Assembly: GCA_027460535.1 (NCBI GenBank)
Contig: JAPZAR010000034.1
Span: forward strand, 1 to 32,000
DNA: 32,000 nt
DNA from: Candidatus Methanoperedens sp.
GTDB lineage: Archaea; Halobacteriota; Methanosarcinia; Methanosarcinales; Methanoperedenaceae
Direction of reading: 5' to 3'
In this document: positions 22,319 through 30,727 of the stretch, in pieces
Position numbering within the stretch: position 1 is the first letter of the stretch
Layout of the letters: every line of letters starts with the position of its first letter
Program-made: the position numbers and the translations under genes
The notes under the pieces: generated by a model
What the model was told of the DNA's origin: nothing
The model's input: the letters and a program-made list of their open reading frames with translations, nothing else
The model's database searches: none

Positions 22319-23161
22319 ATGAAAAAAATATTAATTCTTTTATTTATTGCGACGATATTATTCAGCGGCTGCGTTGGTGTAAAAACGGTGAAAATTGGCG
22401 ATAATATCTCTGTTGACTACATCGGGAGCATTCAGGATGGCAAGGTTTTTGATACATCGATTGAGCAAGTTGCAAAGGAAAATAATCTGTTATCTCCTGG
22501 GAGGGAATATACACCTTATAATTTTACGGTCGGAAAAGGAAAGGTCGTTAAGGGATTCGATGAGGGAGTGATTGGAATGAAAGTGGGAGAAACAAGAACC
22601 TTGACAATACCCCCTGAAAAGGGTTACGGCCCGATTGATCTAAGGAGGATCCAGGCTTACCCCGTTATACAGGTTGTGCCCTCAACATTCCCCAGGGTCA
22701 TAGAAATCCCCATCAGCCAATTCGAAAGTACATTCGGTACCGGACACAAGAAAGGTGATATAGTTTCTATCCCTAGGTCGGATACTAATATGACAGTCCA
22801 GAATATTTCTGAGAATGTATCATTATCCTATAATTTCAAAGTTGGGGAACAGATCCCATCGACAGGTGTCCCATGGAATACTACCGTGATTAAGGTGGAT
22901 GACAAAAATATTACGGTTGAATACAGCGTGAAGAAAAACCAGACATTCCAATTTGAGAACGTTCCATGGAACACTACAGTGATAGGAGTAACGAATGCGA
23001 ATATCACTCTCAGGCATAATCCAATTCCTGAAACAGATATCGAGACCATGTTTGGCCTGATGAAAGTCCGTTTTAATGAGACTTCCATAATAATGGACCA
23101 GAACAACCAACTAGCGGGAAAGACATTGGTCTTCAAAGTGACTCTGAAATCGATCAACTGA
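22319..23161 (+). CDS. Secreted lipobox-anchored FKBP-type peptidyl-prolyl isomerase with an enlarged insert domain
   Basis: The start is re-set to ATG 22319 (MKKILILLFIATILFSGC, a signal peptide plus lipobox). The FKBP core is VDYIGSIQDGKVFDTS, FTVGKGKVVKGFDEGVIGMKVGE and PPEKGYG. The last strand, LAGKTLVFKVTLKSI, comes only after an insert of roughly 160 aa. Confidence 0.85.
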   Translation: MKKILILLFIATILFSGCVGVKTVKIGDNISVDYIGSIQDGKVFDTSIEQVAKENNLLSPGREYTPYNFTVGKGKVVKGFDEGVIGMKVGETRTLTIPPEKGYGPIDLRRIQAYPVIQVVPSTFPRVIEIPISQFESTFGTGHKKGDIVSIPRSDTNMTVQNISENVSLSYNFKVGEQIPSTGVPWNTTVIKVDDKNITVEYSVKKNQTFQFENVPWNTTVIGVTNANITLRHNPIPETDIETMFGLMKVRFNETSIIMDQNNQLAGKTLVFKVTLKSIN

Positions 23162-23230
23162 AGGCGACTGGCCTTCAGTATTTATCTTTTTTCATTCACT
23201 TGAAAATCCGATTTTGATTTTTTCCAACAA

Positions 23231-24160
23231 TTATTTGTCAGCCATAAGATTTTCTATCAGGCTGATCTCCTTTTTGCCCCCGGCGTATATGGGAGTGATT
23301 TGATCGATAGCATCCGGTTTGATTGACAATATGTCGATCTTTCCATTGCTTATCGCCCCGCCGGCTTCTTTTATTATTTTTCCTATCGGATTTGCCTCGA
23401 ACAATAAGCGCAGTTTCCCTTTTTCTTTTCCCCGAAATCCGGGGTATGTGAACACCCCGCCCTTGTGGAGGATCTGGTGAATGTCTGCCACGAAAGAACC
23501 CGAAAACCGCAGCTTATAACCATCATTCTCAAGCCTCTCGATAAATCTCTTATGTTCGGGCAGGTAATCTTTTCGAAGGGCTCCGGGTGCATATATTTTT
23601 CCATCCGGTAGCTTGATATCTCTCTGGGTCAGGTTGAATGCGCCTTTTTCATCCATTGCAAAATCGTGCACGCCATTTCCGGTTGTGAGAGTCATTGTAG
23701 TCAGGGGACCATAGAGAATGTACATGGCAGCAAGCATGGTATTTCCGGGTTCAAGGACGTTACCCGGGTAAATCCCTATGATGGTTCCCACGGCGAGGTT
23801 TACATCTATTAAGGAAGAGCCGTCAAGAGGGTCGATAACAACGCCGAACTCGTTTCTCGCGTTTTCAATCTCGATAATATCAGGCTGCTCTTCTGTTGCG
23901 ATATAGCGTACTAACCTCGTTCTTTTTAATCCATTGATTAAGACTTCATCCGCCCATTTATCCAGGGCCACCTGCTCTTCTCCGTAGATATTCTTCGTTC
24001 CGGCTTTTGTATGGCCTCTCAGGAATCCGGTCTTAATGGTTTTCCCCTGTTCACTGAAGAAGAAGATTAACTCTGATAGCCTGGGGTTGGTATTATTTTG
24101 CAGAAGGAATTCTTTAAGGTTAATGCTCTCACCCTCTTTCTTGTTACGCATTTTAAGCAA
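23231..24160 (-). CDS. fbp: Class I fructose-1,6-bisphosphatase
   Basis: 309 aa. The blocks [32 protein letters not shown] and YTYPG fit class I FBPase. The start codon is uncertain between M1 and M4. Confidence 0.88.
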   Translation of the reverse strand: MLKMRNKKEGESINLKEFLLQNNTNPRLSELIFFFSEQGKTIKTGFLRGHTKAGTKNIYGEEQVALDKWADEVLINGLKRTRLVRYIATEEQPDIIEIENARNEFGVVIDPLDGSSLIDVNLAVGTIIGIYPGNVLEPGNTMLAAMYILYGPLTTMTLTTGNGVHDFAMDEKGAFNLTQRDIKLPDGKIYAPGALRKDYLPEHKRFIERLENDGYKLRFSGSFVADIHQILHKGGVFTYPGFRGKEKGKLRLLFEANPIGKIIKEAGGAISNGKIDILSIKPDAIDQITPIYAGGKKEISLIENLMADK

Positions 24161-24298
24161 TCAGGCACTAAATAGTTATCGTTTGTGCACATGATTGATT
24201 TTCACAGCAAAAATAACAATTCTTAAGAACCGGGATGGACGCACATTTTTGACAGAAATTTTTGAAAAGTTTTATATCCTAATTGGGAATGTTGCTGC

Positions 24299-24676
24299 AT
24301 GAGAGGGCAAAAAATGTTACAAAAAGAAGAAAAAGTGGTTATGGTATTGCTTTCAATGGCTGCAATTTCATTGATAATTGGCTATTTCGGTTTTTCCTCA
24401 CAGATTCCTGCTTATTCGGAAGATTCAAAGATAGGTGAGAGGGTGTTTGTTGAGGGAACGATACTCTCAAAACAGAAAACAGGAACTGGCGACAACGTGA
24501 TCCTTACGATCTCAAATCTTAATATCAAGGTGTTCATAGGAAAAGAAAAAGGTGCCAAGGACGTATACGACTCTGTGAACAAGGGTGACAGGGTTAGAAT
24601 TACCGGTAAAGTCTCCGAGTATAAGAATGCCAGGGAAATCGTTGTTGAGACAGTTAAAGATGTAATAACATTGTAA
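24299..24676 (+). CDS. Membrane-anchored OB-fold protein
   Basis: 125 aa. An N-terminal TM helix is followed by GERVFVEGTILSKQKT ... GDRVRITGKVSEYKNAREIVV, typical of a tRNA_anti-like OB fold. The start codon is uncertain. Confidence 0.6.
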   Translation: MRGQKMLQKEEKVVMVLLSMAAISLIIGYFGFSSQIPAYSEDSKIGERVFVEGTILSKQKTGTGDNVILTISNLNIKVFIGKEKGAKDVYDSVNKGDRVRITGKVSEYKNAREIVVETVKDVITL

Positions 24677-24679
24677 TAC

Positions 24680-25336
24680 TCATTGTTCAGGCGGTTTCCG
24701 CGCCCTGAATAATGTGAGTGTGCCTATTATCGTCATATATCTGGCGGTTTCCTCGACCTGATCAAGACCTGCGTCGCGGAACATCCCCGGCAGCAGACCT
24801 TTTATGTTATCCGAAGCTTCCTCAAGCCTTCGGAAGATAAGGGATATGAGGGACATAAATACATTCTGAGGTTTCCCGATATCGGCAGCATGCAACTCCC
24901 CGCCAGGTTTGAGGACCCGGAAAATCTCCGTGAATGTGCGAATTTTGTCCTCCCGCGTAAGATGATGAAAAACGAGGCTTGAGAAAACACGGTCAAAATA
25001 GTTGTCCGGATATGTCAGTTCGAAAGCCATTCCTTCATCCAGGGCGATATCCAAACCTGTCACTTTGATTTTCGCACTGGCAATTTCAAGGATTTCTGGA
25101 TCGCCGTCAAGTCCTATAACTTCGGCTTCGGGATGAGCTCTCTTGATGAGTATAGTTAGAGTCCCAGTACCGCAACCCAGGTCAAGTACCCTGTGACCAT
25201 CCTTGATACATGCTTGCTCTACCAGACGGCGCTTGAAGGTGGATTCGCGCATGCCAAGCCGCATAGTGAGGTCATAGAGAGGTGTCAGCAGGTTGAACCT
25301 GAGGGCGGGGATGTATTTTGTGGGAGTTTGAGGCAT
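24680..25336 (-). CDS. Class I SAM-dependent methyltransferase
   Basis: 218 aa. Motif I is VLDLGCGTGTLT, followed by DGDPEIL, FDRVFSSLVFHHL and LKPGG. Confidence 0.85.
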   Translation of the reverse strand: MPQTPTKYIPALRFNLLTPLYDLTMRLGMRESTFKRRLVEQACIKDGHRVLDLGCGTGTLTILIKRAHPEAEVIGLDGDPEILEIASAKIKVTGLDIALDEGMAFELTYPDNYFDRVFSSLVFHHLTREDKIRTFTEIFRVLKPGGELHAADIGKPQNVFMSLISLIFRRLEEASDNIKGLLPGMFRDAGLDQVEETARYMTIIGTLTLFRARKPPEQ

Positions 25337-25370
25337 GGATTTACGGATAGAGAATTATAAAATTATTTTA

Positions 25371-25718
25371 TCAGAGGTTCTTATTTCTCCCAACCAGTAT
25401 TTTTATCTCTTTTTTCAATTCAGGAATATCTTTTCTTACGGTGTCCCAAACAGCATCCAAATCCACACCAAGATAATCATGGACCAGCTTATCTCTCATC
25501 CCAGCCATTTTCCTCCATGGTATATCCGGATATTTTTCTCTCATCTCGGTGGATACTCTTTTTGTGGCTTCCCCTACTATTTCAATCTGCCTTACGACAC
25601 CATCTTGAACCAGATTATTATCCATAAAATCGTCATAGTCCAGGTCTATGGTATATTCCTCGATTCGGGATATAGCATCCAGAATGTGTCTTAAATAAAC
25701 AATATCATCTTTCTTCAT
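25371..25718 (-). CDS. hepT: HepT (DUF86) HEPN-family toxin, second copy
   Basis: 115 aa. The R-x4-H-x-Y motif is present as RDKLVHDY. It overlaps the upstream MntA gene by 4 nt. Confidence 0.9.
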   Translation of the reverse strand: MKKDDIVYLRHILDAISRIEEYTIDLDYDDFMDNNLVQDGVVRQIEIVGEATKRVSTEMREKYPDIPWRKMAGMRDKLVHDYLGVDLDAVWDTVRKDIPELKKEIKILVGRNKNL

Positions 25719-25999
25719 TCGTAAATTACCTTCATCTCCTTTTTTATCCTGTCAATCAAGTAAGGACTAATGGACTTTTCAGTCAGCAAATCGACTTTCA
25801 TACCAAGTGCATCGGAGAGATCCTGCTCTATTCCCACGAGATCGAGCAGACTTTTCCTCTCTGAAAATTCGACAAGGATATCTATGTCGCTTTTTGGCCT
25901 CTCTTCGTCTGTTGCGTAAGAGCCAAAGATGGCTACCTTTTTTACGCCGTATTTTTTAATGAGAGAGATGATCTTTTTAAAGAGGGCTTCTTTGTTCAT
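25715..25999 (-). CDS. mntA: MntA minimal nucleotidyltransferase antitoxin, second copy
   Basis: 94 aa. The stretch AIFGSYATDEERPKSDIDILVEF carries the MNT motif. Confidence 0.9.
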   Translation of the reverse strand: MNKEALFKKIISLIKKYGVKKVAIFGSYATDEERPKSDIDILVEFSERKSLLDLVGIEQDLSDALGMKVDLLTEKSISPYLIDRIKKEMKVIYE

Positions 26000-26181
26000 T
26001 TTCCTTTACCGCCCTACAATGTTATCCATAAATTTTCATATCTGTTTCTTCAACTATTTAATAGTTAAATCGAATACTTCGCAATCAAGATTGGCATCGG
26101 AAGATGCGCCTATGTCTTTTTTCTTTAAGCCTCCTAATGAATAAGTATTCGGCTTCCTTTTCAATTGATTGGCATTGGCCA

Positions 26182-28461
26182 TTAAATTTTCTTCTCCCTT
26201 GCCGCCTTCAGCATCAGCTGCATCTCAGTCCTGGCTACCATCTCGCGCACAGCCTCCACTGCATCGATATTTGCAGAAATGCTCGTTATCCCAAGCTCCA
26301 CAAGTCTCTTAGCCACCTTGGGATTGCTCCCTGCCTGCCCGCAGATGCTGGTCTTTACGCCCGCCTTGTTGCACTCCACAATAACAAGCTCGATGAGTTT
26401 CATAATAGCAGGATGCATCTCATTATACAGATGCGCAACGTGCTCGTTGTTCCTGTCCACAGCAAGTGTGTATTGCGTGAGGTCGTTTGTGCCAAAGCTC
26501 ACGAAATCAAGACCTTCAGCTATGAACTGGTCGATTATAAGCGCTGCTGCAGGTATCTCCACCATTATACCAATATCGGTCTTGTTGAAATCTATCCCTC
26601 TTTCGCTCATGAATACCTTGGCCCTCCGCAGCTCCGAAGGATGCTGAACAAGGGGGATCATAATACCCATATTATTATAGCCGCGTTTGATCAATTCCTT
26701 GAATGCTCTCACCTCAAGCTCGAAGTGTTCGGTATCAATAAGATCGCGCCTGATGCCGCGGTAACCCAGCATAGGATTAGGCTCGATGGGTTCGCCTTCT
26801 CCGCCTTCCATTGCCCTGAACTCATCGGTGGGTGCGTCAAGTGTTCTTACCCAGACAGGTTTTGGATAGAATGCATCCACCACGGTCTGGATACGTGAGA
26901 CAAGTTCGTTGACATATTCATCGGCTTTCCCTTCCTTGATATACTGTTTGGGGTGCTTTGGAAGCCCGAGTATCATGTGCTCAATGCGCAGGAGCCCAAC
27001 GCCGTCAGCCTGAGTCTCCACAGCACGCTGGGTAGCTTCGGGAATGGAGACGTTCACTTTTACTTCTGTTGCGGTGATAGGTTTTTGTCTGGCAAAAGAT
27101 ACCGCCGTCTTCTCAGGCTGTGTAACATGTGCGGCAATCTCCTTCTTGCCTTCGAACACAAGCCCTTTCTCCCCATCCACCGTTATTTTCATGCCATCTG
27201 ACAATAACTGAGTTGCCTTTCGTGTTCCAACTACTGCGGGACAGCCCAGTTCCCGCGATACTATAGCTGCATGGCATGTCATGCCACCTTCATCTGTTAC
27301 GATCGCTGCGGCGCGTTTCATAGCCGGGACCATATCAGGCGTGGTCATGACAGCAACGAGAATGTCGCCCTCCTTGACCTTTCCAAGCTCGCTTGCATCA
27401 GAAACGAGTTTCGCCTCGCCATAAGCGATTCCCGGAGAAGCTCCCAACCCTTCAAGTATGGCCTGGGTTGCCAGTTTTTCTTTCGCTTCTTTTTTCTTCT
27501 TTATAGTGGTTATTGGCCTTGACTGGAGCATGTAGATTTCCTTGTTCTTTATCGCCCATTCCACATCCTGGGGGATGCCGTAAAGGTCCTCCACGACATC
27601 TCCGAGTTCAACGAGTTTCAATATCTCATCATCATCAAGCACCTTTGCGTTTTTCTTCTCTTCAGGCACAGGGAGCTCCACTGTTTTATCGGTTCTTGGG
27701 TCTCTGATGTGCATTATGTTTTTTATGGCAATTTTGCGCTCCAGGATTTTCTTATTGACTTTATCAATAACGTAATAGTCCGGGGAAACAGAGCCAGAGA
27801 CCACGCTCTCGCCGAGCCCCCATGCGCCTTCGATAATCGTCAGCGGTTCTCCAGTGGAAGGATGCGATGAGAACATTACCCCTGCTTTTTCTGCGTCGAC
27901 CATGAGCTGGATTACGGCACAGAGGTTCACTTTTCTGTGGTCAAAACCCTGTTTTACACGGTAATATATCGCCCGCGCCCCATATAGTGAAGCCCAGCAT
28001 TTCTTGACCGCTTCAACTACATTCGTTTCGCCTTTGATATTAAGAAACGTATCCTGCTGACCCGCGAAACTTGCATCGGGCAGGTCCTCAGCTGTGGCAC
28101 TTGACCTCACTGCCACAAAAACCTCGCTCCCTTCCCGTTTGCAAAGTTCCCTGTATCTTGCCCTGATGGTTTTTTCAATATCGGGAGGTATTTTTGCTCC
28201 CATAATTATTTTTTTTGCATTTTTCTCGGCTTCTCTCAGTATGGCAGCATCATCAACATTTACTTCGAGTGATTTGAAAAGTTCTTCATTGACCCCATTT
28301 TCATCGATGAATCGCCTGAAAGCCTGCGCTGTTACTGCAAATCCCCGCGGGACAGGAAGCTCAGCATGTAACATTTCCCCTAAACTTGCACCTTTGCCGC
28401 CCACTATCGCTATATCCTCTTTCCCAACCTCTTCGAGCCATACAACTGTGTCATTTACCAT
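26182..28461 (-). CDS. ppsA: Phosphoenolpyruvate synthase (pyruvate, water dikinase)
   Basis: 759 aa. It has an N-terminal ATP-grasp domain (VGGKGASLGEM), a phosphohistidine swivel domain (GGMTCHAAIVSRELG) and a C-terminal PEP-utilising TIM barrel (SFGTNDLTQY). Confidence 0.97.
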   Translation of the reverse strand: MVNDTVVWLEEVGKEDIAIVGGKGASLGEMLHAELPVPRGFAVTAQAFRRFIDENGVNEELFKSLEVNVDDAAILREAEKNAKKIIMGAKIPPDIEKTIRARYRELCKREGSEVFVAVRSSATAEDLPDASFAGQQDTFLNIKGETNVVEAVKKCWASLYGARAIYYRVKQGFDHRKVNLCAVIQLMVDAEKAGVMFSSHPSTGEPLTIIEGAWGLGESVVSGSVSPDYYVIDKVNKKILERKIAIKNIMHIRDPRTDKTVELPVPEEKKNAKVLDDDEILKLVELGDVVEDLYGIPQDVEWAIKNKEIYMLQSRPITTIKKKKEAKEKLATQAILEGLGASPGIAYGEAKLVSDASELGKVKEGDILVAVMTTPDMVPAMKRAAAIVTDEGGMTCHAAIVSRELGCPAVVGTRKATQLLSDGMKITVDGEKGLVFEGKKEIAAHVTQPEKTAVSFARQKPITATEVKVNVSIPEATQRAVETQADGVGLLRIEHMILGLPKHPKQYIKEGKADEYVNELVSRIQTVVDAFYPKPVWVRTLDAPTDEFRAMEGGEGEPIEPNPMLGYRGIRRDLIDTEHFELEVRAFKELIKRGYNNMGIMIPLVQHPSELRRAKVFMSERGIDFNKTDIGIMVEIPAAALIIDQFIAEGLDFVSFGTNDLTQYTLAVDRNNEHVAHLYNEMHPAIMKLIELVIVECNKAGVKTSICGQAGSNPKVAKRLVELGITSISANIDAVEAVREMVARTEMQLMLKAAREKKI

Positions 28462-28894
28462 ATTTTTTCTCCTTTAACGACTTTTGAATTTTATTGAGTT
28501 TTTTATCGTAACTTTCAATTGCTATTTTTACCAAGAAAGGCAGTTTTTCACGGGAAAAGCCAAATTCCTTTACAATATTTTCAAGAAAATAAACGTCGAT
28601 CTCCTTATGTTGTGCCCTCTCTACCCTGATTGCCTCGATCAAAGCCACTGTTTTAATAAAATTTTTCACAAACTCAAAGGTTGGTGTCACACTACCGTTT
28701 TCAATCCGCGATATAGATTCGCGGCGGAGATTCATTAATTCTCCAAGTTCTACCTGAGTCATATCATATCTCATCCTGTATTCACGTATCACGTCGCCTG
28801 AGTCAGAGTTCAGGATGATCTCAGATGCGATCTCCTTTTCAAAAGAAACCAGCCACTCCGGGATGTATAAAATGGTTTTAGATGCAGCCTTCAA
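28451..28894 (-). CDS. XRE-family helix-turn-helix protein
   Basis: 147 aa. MTQVELGELMNLRRESISRIENG is a Cro/C1-type HTH. Its 3' end overlaps the ppsA start by 11 nt. Confidence 0.75.
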   Translation of the reverse strand: MKAASKTILYIPEWLVSFEKEIASEIILNSDSGDVIREYRMRYDMTQVELGELMNLRRESISRIENGSVTPTFEFVKNFIKTVALIEAIRVERAQHKEIDVYFLENIVKEFGFSREKLPFLVKIAIESYDKKLNKIQKSLKEKKYGK

Positions 28895-29007
28895 CTATCC
28901 TCCAAATAAATGTTACATATTTAGTCACATTTATCATTTGCATTATGAGGCATGGTTATTATTTAAGAGTTTCTACCCTTTTTCATAAAATAACATGATT
29001 TATAGTG

Positions 29008-29619
29008 TCACATCTTTTTACGATTGCTCTTATGAACTTGAGAACTACCCTTCGACAATCTAATATTTTCATCCATGATCCCCCTGAATATCAGGTCCTT
29101 CTTAACTGCCTTCCTTGCTTCATCGAGTTGCTGTTCAAGCTCCTGTAGTTTTTCCCCCAGCGTTTCCATTTCAATATCTTTCTTTTCCAGTTCCTGTTCA
29201 AGATTTTTGATAGTAACTTCTTGCCGCTGTATTGTGTAAGCCATCTTTCCCTTTTTGCTTCGGTTCCCTTCAAGATACCCTGCCCTTGGCTTTTTCTTTT
29301 TTGTATCAGCAGGCTCGGAAACAGCTTTTCCTGGACGAGCGTTCAGGAAAGGTTTGTTTATATGCCTTCCTGATATCCTTTCTATAAAGAACATAGACTC
29401 TCCATGCTCTTGCGCTGAAAGCGTCCAGGTGGGTCCATTGTAGCGTTTTTCCTTATTCGCAAGTTCGAATAATTTTTTGGCAACGTCCCCGCTTATCCAG
29501 CCAAGGCTCTCATAGTAGTCAAGCAATCTTTGGAGGTTGTTATGGCCTACCCTCTCCAGCATAAAGAGAAGCCATTTACGCTGTAGGTATTTTGTGGAGT
29601 CGTCAAGTTCTTGCAGCAT
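29008..29619 (-). CDS. ArlD/E (FlaD/E)-domain protein with a basic linker and C-terminal coiled coil
   Basis: 203 aa. KWLLFMLERVGHNNLQRLLDYYESLGWISGDVAKKL ... EHGESMFFIERI matches my memory of the Arch_fla_DE domain. A KKKKPR linker follows, then a heptad-rich segment (TIKNLEQELEKKDIEMETLGEKLQELEQQLDEARKAV). Its ATG directly follows the stop of the actin-like gene. Confidence 0.65.
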   Translation of the reverse strand: MLQELDDSTKYLQRKWLLFMLERVGHNNLQRLLDYYESLGWISGDVAKKLFELANKEKRYNGPTWTLSAQEHGESMFFIERISGRHINKPFLNARPGKAVSEPADTKKKKPRAGYLEGNRSKKGKMAYTIQRQEVTIKNLEQELEKKDIEMETLGEKLQELEQQLDEARKAVKKDLIFRGIMDENIRLSKGSSQVHKSNRKKM

Positions 29620-30669
29620 TTACGTGGTTTGCCAGAACTCTTTCGGCATATCGATTGCCATCTTTAATGCACCAGCCGCGCCTCCGAACACCGGGTCCCG
29701 GGTTTTGAGGACCTTGCATCCCCCGATCAATTCCAGTTCATGTTCCAGGACAGTATCAAGATTTCTTATCTGGCTTCCTCCCCCTGCAATATATAAATTT
29801 GAGCGCAGCTCATCCTGGAATTCAGGATCGTAGGTTGATATAAGCCTGGAAATCCCGCTCACGATATCAGGCAATATGGATTCGCATGCCCTCCTCATCT
29901 CCTGTGTGATGGAAAGCTTCAGCACTGAGGCGGCTCTCGGCACTTCCACTATGATCTCCTCATCAGGATTGCCAACAAAAGAGTACTTCTCCTTCCACAA
30001 CCTGGCCATTTCCCGGGTGACCCTGAGCTTTGTATGGTTTTTTGTTACAAGCTTAACAAATTCCCTGTCTATGAAGTCGCCAGCTTTGGTGCTGCTTATC
30101 TGATCTTCCGGGTTCGGTCGCGCGCCATGCACCCTGCATAGATCCGTGGTAGCTGCCCCGATATCCACAATCAATGAATGTTCAAATTTTCCTAAATTGT
30201 ACGCAACACAGAGCGGTTCGCTCGCCACCATTATCCCATCAAAGAAATCTTTAGCCATTTCGGGTATGATTTTTTTATTTTGTACGCTTGCCTGGGCAGG
30301 GACTCCTATGATGGCATATTTTCTTACATCCCTATCCGCATTGACCGATCTGAGTACGAATTCGACTAATCCTTTAGCCGCCTCGATGCTCTTTCTCTGG
30401 ATTTTCAAAACCCCTCTCTCGATCGGCCTGTAAAGTTTGAGGGCATCTCTGTGCTTAAGTGCTTCTTCCCCGAAAAGGTGCTCCTTCTTTAAAAACTTAG
30501 ATGCCACCGCATCCTTTGGAGCGCCCACAATGCTCAGAATGCTGTTCTTCTTGCCGTCGCTCGTAGAGATAGCAGTGTGATTTGTACCCAGATCGATCCC
30601 TATGAATAGGTTCTTTTTCTCATTCACCCCTGATACATTCGATCTCCGGATTTTTTTCTTATATGCCAA
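29620..30669 (-). CDS. Actin-fold ATPase, MamK-like actin homologue
   Basis: The five actin/Hsp70-fold motifs are present: LFIGIDLGTNHT, IIGVPAQAS, LIVDIGAATTDL, LYIAGGGSQIRNL and DPVFGGAAGAL. Block-wise resemblance to MamK is described in the findings. I prefer the TTG start at 30669, with GAGGA 7 nt upstream. GTG 30627 is an alternative. The track's 30810 start adds an implausible AT-rich extension. Confidence 0.85.
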   Translation of the reverse strand: MAYKKKIRRSNVSGVNEKKNLFIGIDLGTNHTAISTSDGKKNSILSIVGAPKDAVASKFLKKEHLFGEEALKHRDALKLYRPIERGVLKIQRKSIEAAKGLVEFVLRSVNADRDVRKYAIIGVPAQASVQNKKIIPEMAKDFFDGIMVASEPLCVAYNLGKFEHSLIVDIGAATTDLCRVHGARPNPEDQISSTKAGDFIDREFVKLVTKNHTKLRVTREMARLWKEKYSFVGNPDEEIIVEVPRAASVLKLSITQEMRRACESILPDIVSGISRLISTYDPEFQDELRSNLYIAGGGSQIRNLDTVLEHELELIGGCKVLKTRDPVFGGAAGALKMAIDMPKEFWQTT

Positions 30670-30716
30670 ATTGTATTCCTCATTATTATAATGAACTAAG
30701 AAAAGTACACTCTGCT

Positions 30717-30727
30717 TAAATATATAG
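30717..30727 (-). promoter_or_regulatory. Candidate TATA box (CTATATATTTA on minus strand) for the actin-like operon
   Basis: It lies about 50 nt upstream of the proposed TTG start, in an AT-rich divergent intergenic region shared with the gene at 30876. Confidence 0.3.

Noticed and set aside
26104-26898. 264-aa plus-strand ORF, together with 26279..26647, 26953..27201, 27271..27522, 27513..27707 and 28094..28477.
   Set aside because: All are antisense to the full-length, highly conserved ppsA. They have Cys/His/Leu/Arg-rich low-complexity translations typical of shadow ORFs.
8167-30669. Idea that the membrane-anchored FtsZ-like gene and the MamK-like actin gene together indicate a magnetosome-type organelle island. 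Magnetotactic bacteria encode both MamK and an FtsZ-like protein.
   Set aside because: The two genes are about 20 kb apart and separated by ordinary housekeeping genes. Nothing in the window resembles MamB/M cation-diffusion facilitators, MamE/O proteases, MamA, or MamI/L/Q. I recognised no magnetosome-specific motif, so the co-occurrence is treated as coincidental.
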